From: Phoronis australis
Lineage: Eukaryota > Animalia > Phoronida
Reading direction: 5' to 3'
Assembly: GCA_002633005.1 (NCBI GenBank)
Contig: NMRA01000201.1
Span: 261,139 to 325,138, forward strand
DNA: 64,000 nucleotides
Below the pieces are notes generated by a model. It had not been told where the DNA came from. It worked only from the letters and a program-made list of their open reading frames with translations, and did not search any database. Positions 53,840 through 64,000 of this stretch are shown here, piece by piece. Within the stretch, counting starts at the first letter, position 1. Each line of letters begins with the position of its first letter. The position numbers were made by a program, and so were the translations under genes.

Positions 53840-54348
53840 GGACTTTAACCTGTTTTAAAGGGCTTATGGTAAAAACAGAATTTGGTTATAGAGTTGCCAA
53901 CAAAACGACCCGTTAAGTCTTGTCAACAAAATTCTACAGATTATAAAAAATAAACTGTTGAAAGTTAAAATGAAAGAGCATACTTCAAGGAATCCACATG
54001 CAAAAATTCACGTCATTTGCTCTTCCTGTTAAAAATGCGACAGCAGAACGATTGAAAATGGGTGAAAATGCACCAGAGCCGCCATCTTGAAAATGACTTC
54101 CGGTTAAACAAAATTTTATAAAAGCTGATCAATAGCAACAAAAACGTAAACAGTTTGAAAGTAATTGGTCAATATTTCCGCTATCTTTGACCGGAAGTCA
54201 ACGTTTTTTTTGTACTATATGTGTTCTATAATAATCGTACCAAGTTTCAGCATTGTGCGTCAAAAATTGCGGCCTCTAGTTTTCCAAATAGCACATCCCT
54301 AAGATTTTCAAGTTCCCGTGGAGTTGGGGTTAATGGCAGGTTAAGTCC
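53840..54348. mobile_element. Putative MITE with 12-13 bp TIR
   Basis: ggactttaacctg ... caggttaagtcc; internal inverted pair tgacttccggt / accggaagtca. Confidence 0.55.
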
Positions 54349-54963
54349 AAACCTGTGCTAGATCATGCCATCTATGATCGTAAGCCTACCCGGTAACACA
54401 GGAAGATCTCTAGACGAACACGTTGTTGTCATCTGACGTTTGTTTTGAAGATCGTCTGCGTGTGTGAGTAAGCGAGCGCATGCGAGACACCCGAGTTCAA
54501 TTGTAATTAAATGCAATCTAACGAGCTAGATGTGTATTGTATCTCAAGAAATTAGCACAAGCAGTAAAGCAGAACATGTTTTATTCAACACTGGCCGGTC
54601 TCATCTGCTAAAAAAAACGTTCGACAATTGTTTCGTTAAGGCCCATATTATTAGTCGCCGTGTGGCTGGATGCATACGTGACTGACTGTTATTTTTCAGG
54701 TGTAAGGGTGAGTTAGCATTCACTGTCAGTTGCCACTTTATCGGATATTTGGCTTTAAAAACACCAATTATGATTAATTAGACAATCCCTCTTAAAAATA
54801 ATGCAAAAGTTTTTATGGTATTAGAAACTGTCGGAAATTAGTGCCAGTATTTATTTCTTGCCAATGCTATGCTACCCGTTGTGAATAGATAGGTCCAAAA
54901 AATTAATGTCTGCGATGTAGCACGCGCTTCCTGGCCACGTGCCTTTTATACCAATGTTATTAG

Positions 54964-55160
54964 TCTTCAGTTCGCTGTTTTTACATGTACAAAAAATTTG
55001 GAATCCTGTTGAGGGAGAAGATGTGGAATCTGTACGGGATAGATTCAATCCCGTTGACATGTACGCTGCGTCTGTTGTGAAAAGCCAGACCATAGTTTTA
55101 GAAGTTGGGTGTGCACGCAATGAACGGTCGATTGGGCAAATGCCCATGGAGCTACTGACA
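54964..55160 (+). pseudogene. HIRAN-domain-like relic (frameshifted)
   Basis: SSVRCF/HVQKIWNPVEGEDVESVRDRFNPVDMYAASVVK...IGQMPMEL resembles the recalled HIRAN pattern VRG[FY]HVY..W.P..GE.L...RE..N..D..AV.V...IG..P.E. Confidence 0.6.
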
Positions 55161-57036
55161 TCTGACTTAGCGTGCAAGAGTCAAATATAACATCTGTGAA
55201 TCCTTGATGTCTAGTTTGCAGTTATTGCCCACAGTTCAGTAGCGTGACCCAGTTTAAAGTAACGTACTATTTGATGCAAACATTACGAAGTATAGACACA
55301 TGCTAATAATGCCACAGTTTTTCGTTCAGAAGTGCAAATGATAGAAATGTGTGAGCCAGTTAGAATCATATCATATCTACTTGAGCTCAAGTGAGAACAG
55401 GTATTTCAGTGGTCCAATAAGGTAGTTTCAATGAAACTGACTGATCGTTATCCAAAGGTAAGTGTGTTGCGTACAGGTTGGGTGACAAAATTCTGGCGAG
55501 ACTAGTCTTCACAAAGCTGGGGCTTTTGCACCTTAACTACATCAATTTTTAAAAAATCTAAGAACCTTTATCAAAATAAACACAAATGACAATGAATGAC
55601 ATGTTGTCCTTGACCTCTAGCATGAAACAGCCAAGTTCCAACAAGCCTTCATGGCTTCAATATTGTTTTCTCTTGTTACGGTAAAACACCTAAGTTTGGT
55701 TTTGGTCTCCACCCAACACATTTTGTGACCTTGGATTAGCAAGGAATGCTGGCCCATTTAGTTTCAGCCAAGGTCTTGGGTTTTTTTGAAAATTTCCATA
55801 AAGGCACATAAGCAAGGGTAAGCAAGGTTTTAACACTATGATTAGCGACATGACTAGTAAAAAACAAATACCGTATCATTTTGCTCATCTCAAGTGGATT
55901 ATCTTTTTAGAAAAAGGCGGATTTTCTTTTTTAGAAAAAGATAACTCAACTAAAAACACTGAATCACAAAATCGATTTTCAAAACCAAAAAAAAACAGAC
56001 CAGAACCAGCTAGGCTTTTTGGCCACACATCAAACACAACCTCCACAATGGAAGATGACATTGGGTCACTCATCACAACACTCATCACTCTCTCACCAGT
56101 AGCTATTGTTGCCCCATCTATTTCCTTGTCACAATTCAGCTGAGACCACCTCCAATCATACCCCTCAATGGCACAGAGACCAGCCTGAGCAAACACAAAA
56201 GCCTTATCAGCACTCCACACAAGACTACTAGAGGAATCTGTGCCACAGGCTCAATGCACTTTGGTTGCCAACAACAGCATCAGATGAACCACAATAGCTT
56301 CCTTGTTATCTTAGCAGAATATTACATTTACCTGTAGTGACAGCCTAAGAGTTTCATAATAGACAATACTTTGAATAATAGCTTAGTGTCTTGTCACATG
56401 ACAGTAGACCAAGAAGGTCACTACCAATACAGAATACCTGGTGACTTGAATCCACCCCATGGTCAATTCTGTGTTCCCCTGTATATTTTTAACTGAAAGA
56501 CTGAGAATCCCTTTAAATTACCTGGACAAACACCAACAGTTTCACACACTCTCTCTCTGACCAGAAAGGCCATCAATACAGCATATCCAGCAAGTGACAA
56601 GCCCACTGTCTATCAGAACGTGTGGTACAAAGTTGACAGAGGGCACCGTTGATCAGAGACCGGTCATTGTTATCTCATCGAGACCAGCTTCACTGATCAT
56701 CTGTGCAGGACCGAGACAAACAATCTTCATAGGGAAGTAGTCATCTAGCTTTGCCAGGTATGAAACCTGTGGACTTTCTTATCAGATACTATCAGCAGTG
56801 GTTGCTGCCAAGCCTTGAAGGTTCACACACACAAACACACACAAGCTGCTCCATATGACTTCCACCTGCATTCTGATTGGCTAGACATCACCACAACAGT
56901 GCTCTGTTATACAGGAGTTCACAGGTAGATCAAGGAGAAAGCACATACTGCCTGTAATAGCTGGCACTGGTGGATACCAATGACTATATGCCTTTATACA
57001 AACCTATGACCCAAAACTAAAAGGCAGTTTTTCTGG

Positions 57037-57332
57037 CCCGGGGGGTACTCCCACAAAAGAGATATGTATTTTGTGCCCCTCAAAACGATGACTTTTTACA
57101 ACCAGTTCTCCTGTTCTGACAAAATTCAGCTGGTCAAAAGAATGACTCCAAAAGGTTCTAGGCTTATAGAATTGACCCATAGAAAAGTACGTTGTTCTAA
57201 AACAATACCTTATGAATGGGTGACCCCTCCATCGGAGCTCTTTAAAAATGAGTTCCTTTTTTCTCTATCTAAACAGAAGAGTATCCTAATTTTCCCGCTG
57301 TACCTCCATCAAGTATACCCCCCCTTCCAGGG
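57037..57332. mobile_element. Unclassified MITE-like element with cccggggggtact / agtatacccccc ends
   Basis: G-run/C-run inverted termini; similar architecture at 61087-61518. Confidence 0.5.
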
Positions 57333-58799
57333 AAAAGCCAGCCACACAGAACTGCTAACAACTCATACACGGCGGACAGCCACTTGTTGTTTACCAAAAA
57401 GGAAAGTTATGAAAATGAATAAAAAGAGAGCACAGATGACGGAGTAACACATTCCATATTTTTGAGCAGGTAACCTTCAAATTAAAATTACTCAATACTT
57501 TTCCCTCAGAAACTGGTGACATGATTTCTGTATAAAAAGAGCATGAACCACCAGGGGACACGTAATAAATCATTTTTAGCTCCAACGTTTGAAAAATGCT
57601 CAAAAATCGAAAAATCCACGAATTTCCCTTTTGATAAGTGGACACAATGTCATCCTGAGGGAATAACAATTGTGCAATCTGGATGGTAAAACCCCAAAAA
57701 GTACATAAAAAATCAACAGCAGCCAGACAATGCTGGAGCGTCTAACAACAGGCGAGCCAGCACCCAATGATACCAGAGGTCAACCCTACTGTGTGTGTGC
57801 CCACCAGTCTGTCTTCACAACCAAGACAGTGGTAACCTGGAGATAAATCAACCTGAAACCAGACACCTTGATTTAAGTGCTTGCTTGCCCAGGTAAATGA
57901 CAATCCACAGTAGTGGTCTCTGAACTGTGGGCGCCAGGACAATGATTCTAGTCATGTTCTCCAAGTGGTATATTGACTACTGTGGTGAAACTCCAGGTAG
58001 CCTGAGGCCTAATGACCATAAAGGTGACTGGAGACAGGAGACTGACAATAAATAAATTACCAGCAGCAGTGAGGTGTGTTATCTCCCTAAATTATCTTCT
58101 GCAAGGCCAAACACACAGACATACCTACTTAACTAACCTTGTTGGCAAATGACTCCATAATGAAAGATAAGGATTTTCAAGATCTAGTAGTAGTTTCCAG
58201 AGAAAAATGCAATCAAAATAAGCAGGGAGTAAGAAAAGGCAAAAGCTTAATTTATGCCAAGAACAAATATCGCAGCATAAGGTGTTTCACAGGGCAAGCA
58301 AACACCTAATGCTCTGTTCCTCAGAAATCAACAATCTGACAAGAGTACTAGCCAAATCCTTATTTGGGAATTTTACTCGTTTTAAACTGCTGGTCTGGAT
58401 CAATGCAGTTAAGTGCATAGGAGTTGTGCGGCTAAAGTGAAAATATCTTGAAAACAGTAACACTCAGAGTTTTAAAAACTTTCGCCGCGAGAAGTGGTAA
58501 CTTACACACTGGGTTGAGGGATGAACCCAAGTCGCTCAGTATTAACAAGAGTTTTACATCTCTACATCTGGACAATTCGCCAAGTCTGAACTACAATACA
58601 CGGCGATGATCTTTATTACACAAAAACTCCTTAAATTAATGAATGGAACAAGGCGAGATGAAATGATGCATATCGTAATACATACTTTTTGTGGCTTGCT
58701 TATTTAAGCGCATTTTTACTGTATTTAGTGCAGGTTATGTTTTATGAAAAAATAAAAAATGAAAGCGCTCTGACGAGTGACACGTGGTGAAATCAATTA

Positions 58800-59420
58800 A
58801 AAATTTGAAGTTTCGATCAAAGGATTGCGGAGCTAGAATATAATTTTAAAAAATGGCCGTCACAGCGCCATCTTGCGTCTGATTTCGCCCAACAACGAAA
58901 GTCCTCAGGCTATTGACTAAGTAAATACTGTTCGTAAATTTCAAATAGATCAGACGAAAAATACAATCTCTAGAACAAATATGATAGGCTAACAAAGTAC
59001 AGCTATGAATAACGCCAACAAAAGAGCAGTCATCTGAGCAGTAAATCTAGAATATTGCGAGAATGGAAAGTCAGAGCAAGAAACGGGTTTCAAAATGCTG
59101 ATAGCGCTTGAAAAGATCTATCCACATACCAAATTTCAGACAGATCCGTCAAGCGATAATGAAGATAGGGAACAAAAACTCAGTTATTTGGAGATCACTC
59201 GTCGGAAAATCTCAAATAACTCAAGAATGACAATAGCTAGAAAAAATAAATGAGACACTTGTGATAGCTCTAAGAATAATCTACAGACAAAAAAAATCAT
59301 AAAAATCCCAACAGAAACAGCAGATCCATGGCTCCGCAAACGAAAAAAGGGAGAAATGGCCACACCATCATCTTGTATCCGATTTCAACCAAAAGCAATA
59401 GTCTTTGAGCCATTCACAGG
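58800..59420 (+). mobile_element. Interspersed repeat with internal degenerate units (HINE-like)
   Basis: aaatggcc...catcttg..tc.gatttc occurs twice, plus catac.aaatttca motifs; homologous to 31240-31375. Boundaries approximate. Confidence 0.5.
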
Positions 59421-61086
59421 ACACATGTGTGAATTTCACATTGAGCCGATAAGAATTGCGAAACAAAGAAACAAAAAATTTTATGACAAAGCAGCATACT
59501 TTGACGAATTTCATTTCATCAAGTAAAAATTCATTTGTCCACCATATCATGTCTTTAATGTTGGTGAAATTTTACCTCACGTACGTAAACCATAGAAAAA
59601 AATACGCACAGAAATACCCCACGGAGCCCACTGTAACAAGCCATCCATTCAGGACAACACAACTAATAGTGAAATATGTACACAGGGAGCCCAGCACAGA
59701 GCCAGTCAGCAAGAGCAGCTCAAGAACACTTCCTAATCTGTTGAAGCCTGCACAGGTGAGCTTTATATCAATACAATGAGCGGAGGGTGATTTACAACCA
59801 TGCCACATGCAGCTAACTGCCAATGCACACAACAAGCATCCAATACAGCTGTTGATGTGAGTGCTAACTGAGAGTGCTATCAACAGGTAGACTAAGAACA
59901 CAGTATGCAGCTCAGAGAATGATACTGGCTCTGGTTGACTCGGCGGAGTTACATGAAAGGTAATGGTTGGACAGACAGAAAATCAGAGGGAACACAGATA
60001 ATCTGGAAATAAAGAGCATTTTCCATCACCAGTAATATGAAGTGGCCATTACTGTGACAGTTAAACTGAATGGGGTGGAGGTTGCCTGCTTTTGGAATAA
60101 CAAGAAAATGTAGTTCATGTGAATAAAAAACATTCTCCTAAGTATTAACAGCACGTTTTGCCTTATTCTGTATAAAAGAACTTTCTTAGCGAGATATAAC
60201 AACAACTTGCAACTCCCTCATATCTAAAAGAAGGGAAATGAGTTTCTCATGTTTCTTCGAGATGATGACAGGACTTTTTGAAGCATTTGTCCATCAGAAG
60301 CTCCACAAACTCACAAAAGGAAATCACAGGATGTCTAACAGTAAAAACCACAAGGCAACCTCAACAGTAGCTAACTAATATCCAAAGCCTTTCAAAAAAC
60401 TATTACGCACGAAAGTATGTTGTGTAAATACCATTTTTTTAGTTCCGAATAATAATACCGCACAGGAACTTAAGTAATCAGAAGAAAAAATAAAAGTCCC
60501 AGGACGCCTTCCAATCAGGCCTCAAAACATTGCTCAGTCCCTCTTGCCTTATGCTCGGTGTAGATCGTAGACAAGAGATTCCCAACTACCGATATTTTCT
60601 TATGGAGATCTCAGATTCAGCTTGCAGTTAGGGAGTACATGACCTATTGCAGGAAGTGTAGTGTGCATAACACAAGGTACTTACTGCTGGTGAATGGTGA
60701 TGTCCTGGTGGTGGTGGCAGTATATGTCACAGATTTTGTACATAGGGAATACTACATATTTGGCGACATAATATTCTATCCTGCCAGCCCAGATCACCCC
60801 ACATCAAAAGAACATCAGGTCATTGTTATTCTAAAACACTTTTACAGAAATGAAACCAAACTCAGAAATCCTTTGCTCAAGAAACTTTCTTGAAAACTTA
60901 GTGATTTGTCATAATTTAATCGAACAGTTTTTGCGTGTCACTGAGCGATTCTGCCCTAGAACATAAAGCTGAACCCAGCACTGAGCCAAAAGCACAGCCA
61001 CAACAGCTCCAACAACCACTAAGCCATCAGCTGCAAGCTTGGTGGGAGCAAGGCTAAATATTTGATGGAGGTATGCAGCTGGATAA

Positions 61087-61518
61087 CTGGGATACTTACC
61101 CATTCAGAAAGTGGACATTTGTGCACTGATGTTCCATTGAAAAGTCACCCTTCAACAGGGGTTTGTTTTGGAAACACCGCCATTTCTTAGGGGTACATTC
61201 TATAAAAGTAACCATCCATAGGGACTCTTGAACAGCTCACTTTTTAACTAATTAATTCCAAGACTACATGCCTTGCAGTCAAAAATTAGTATTTTTTGCA
61301 ACACAAATTTGAAAAAAAAAACATGTCGATTTGTGCAGATGGATAGCAAAGATATTCTCAGAGTTTCAAACTCCCTTTTGTAGAGAATTATATTGGATAA
61401 GGCATTTTTGTATGGATAATTTGTCAAAAAGGACAGCTTTCACAGGGAAACTGGTCTTGAAAAAGTCAGCCAAGTCAGTGGCAGATCCTGTTTTCCTCTT
61501 CTAGGGAGTATCCCCCAG
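61087..61518. mobile_element. Unclassified MITE-like element (ctgggatact ... agtatcccccag)
   Basis: Short inverted termini resembling those of 57037-57332. Confidence 0.4.
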
Positions 61519-63149
61519 GACTACATGCATGGATGGCACAAACCAATACTGTACAACTCAGTGAACAAGCACCTGCCTCATGACACAGTATGCACTAAGA
61601 CCAGAACCATTGGCAACAACCATGGGGGCACCATCAATAGACTAAATGCCCTCAATGGCCAACATGATGACAATAGATCAATATTATCCCTAGTGGCAGT
61701 TACTGATCAAACATTGATGCCATATGAGTAAGTGAGCCCAGAGTCTGGGTGATCTTCAGCAGTTGTAGATGGTAACTTGGTGGTCCTCAGGACAACTTCT
61801 GATTACTAAAAACGATAACAACCAAGGGTTCAGTTCAACTAACTAGGCCATATTGTCAATCAAAAACTTCAGGATCTAAAAACTAATCCAGCAGATGGAG
61901 CCAGGTGGCTCTGCAACGAAAGGAGAAAATTAAAATGAGTTTCCAGAACTGTTCAACTAGTAATTTGTTCATCACCTACTTCACCTGTATGAATGTTAAT
62001 GTTCAACATCTGCTGAATGTAACTATACTTTCTGAAAGCTCAAACTTCAGCTGCGTTATTGAACGACACAATAATCTTTATCCACAGGACACAATCACTC
62101 AGAAGGGCCCCAGCAAATTAATGTTCATAATGAAGGACTCCAGTATAATAATCATTTAGTAATATTACATATTTGTAAAGTTATACACTTTACGTAAAAT
62201 GGCCTCAACCGAAGCGGTGCAAATGTCAGGTGATCTCCATCTTATAATTATGTATTAAGTTAAATGGAATAGTTGGGCACCTGTAGTGTTTTCAACCACT
62301 TTTGGTTAAATAACCACATTTCATAAATGGAAAGTATATGAGTAGATATCTCTTTCTTTCTACTTTTCTTTGACTGTCCATCAATCCAACTGGTGAATGG
62401 AAGGATTTATATCAAACTCATTTGATAAAAACATGTTGTATTTAGTTTACTTTTTAATTTAATTTTTGAATTTCTGTTTGCACTCCAACAAAATGGCTGC
62501 CAGTGTTTAATGGCGCTGAACTTCACTTTATATGTAGTGATACTATTTATAGACGAGACACATTCTATGTTCTTAAGTGGTGAAAATGAGTTTCTTCACG
62601 AAATGTTTTCATGATTCAACTAAAAAACAAAAAACAGAAAAGCTATAGAAAAATGGCTTCATAACACCAGTTCAATCTTATAACTACATGCATTCAGGTA
62701 TTGAGTTCACATTACAGTCATATAACAATATAGTAAAGACAGTGGTCTCTTCAACAGCACCACCTAATGCGAGACATTGAGTCTCGTATTCTTTAGTACA
62801 CCATAAGCATGCTGACACTGCATCATGTCAGTGAGGTTTTAAATGTTGTCGATAGCAATGCATTACAGAATGGCTACATTATTTTTGACACGGATGCATG
62901 GCTGGAACATTGGGATACCTACCTAAAATCTCACCAATTTTTCTAGGGCTTCTAACATTGCTGCGACTCCCCACAACGTTTCAAAATTTTATCTGATGGT
63001 ACCTATGGTACAAATCTTGAGCACAGAAAACCCTTCAGTTTGGTTGTTGGGTGAAAAAATGATAAAATAGAATTTCACTTGTAGGCCAAATTGCGTCCTT
63101 AACGAGTAAAATTTACATGCACATGCTTTTAACCCACTTTTACAAGAGA

Positions 63150-63219
63150 CAGTTGTCATTGTGTTAGTTGTCATTGTGTTAGTTGTAATGGTGTTAGTTG
63201 TCATTGTGTTAGTTGTCAT
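63150..63219. repeat. 15-bp minisatellite (agttgtcattgtgtt) x4.5
   Basis: Direct reading; explains the MTTNT pseudo-ORF. Confidence 0.92.
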
Positions 63220-64000
63220 GACGCAACTTGCTCTACTTTAGTCGCATTTACACGACATTAGATCGCGAACTGGATCAGCATGAGTCACTTACAGGAAGAC
63301 TGTCTGTGTATGCTCGCATAAACAATAGCGAATGTCCAAACCACATGGAATGCCAGCCGATCACCCAAATACACGCTATTGCACAAGCAAGCGCATTGAA
63401 AGATGATCCCTTTCCACCCTGCCCCAGTTGTGTTTAGATGTGTAGTTTAAACTGACCCAACTGTTCAAGTGCAACTCGCTCTACCTATCAAACAGGTGTC
63501 AAAAATGGGCTGTTCCGTGTTATCTGCTCCGTAACAGCTGTTTCTCCTGTAAATGCAACTTTAGCCACAAAACGTTTCCAATAAAATAGAGAGCCTTTAT
63601 GGAAGTCACCGTCTCATAGAGTTTGTTACTGTAACATAAGCCTTTAATTGCAAGTTATTTCAAAAATATTACCATAACCCTAGGTACAGTGGACTCCTTC
63701 CCTTGAGGGAATTTATAGTGAATGAACCCACCACTCCTGTTCTGACCAATACATCCTGTAAACCTTTGTGTGAGTACCCCAATGGTAAGTAACATCTGCA
63801 CTTATTGAGCCATGCTGTCAATAAGAGGCTATTGTGCAGAACATTGCCATCAACCAGAGGTACAGCATCCCCTCTTGGGTGCTCCAATATTGTATTTTTA
63901 CGTGGGTTGGCGATTGGGAAATCAGGGAGCCTGCAAGGTGAATCTCCACCCTTTTAAAGTATAAGAAAGATCAGAGGGGAACCGTTTAATGGGACCATCT

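Noticed and set aside
55838-56220. ORFs on both strands as possible upstream exon or LINE fragment
   Set aside because: No recognisable motif or clear splice sites; cannot be supported without a search.
62989-63219. MTTNT-repeat ORF
   Set aside because: Translation of a 15-bp minisatellite.

Overview
AT-rich, intron-containing eukaryotic DNA, most likely a draft assembly of a marine invertebrate; the organism cannot be fixed from sequence alone. Two convergent protein-coding genes are present. (1) Plus strand: the 3' ~90% of WDR7 (rabconnectin-3 beta). I traced 20 phase-compatible GT-AG exons from 499 to the stop at 39258 (~1313 codons); the N-terminus lies upstream of the window. (2) Minus strand: a very large multi-C2H2 zinc-finger gene, with a ~5.5 kb exon (51501-46035) plus a terminal exon (44653-44460), ~1886 aa and about 33 fingers. 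The introns carry many non-autonomous DNA transposons (TTAA-flanked Kolobok/T2-like, CWG-flanked Harbinger-like, a 5-bp-TSD hAT-like element, Helentron/HINE-like repeats) and minisatellites. Two assembly breaks (single N at 21502; N-run 25569-25926) are each flanked by near-identical duplicated segments. The most striking signal is at the second break. One copy carries a TTAA-inserted, THAP-encoding (Kolobok-like) element whose leader has adjacent ETS-CRE and E2F motifs, while the other copy shows the empty TTAA site. Also notable are a tRNA-like Pol III unit inside the 5-bp-TSD element, a HIRAN-like relic and a degenerate intronic copy of a WDR7 exon start. No CRISPR array, rRNA or convincing intact tRNA was seen.
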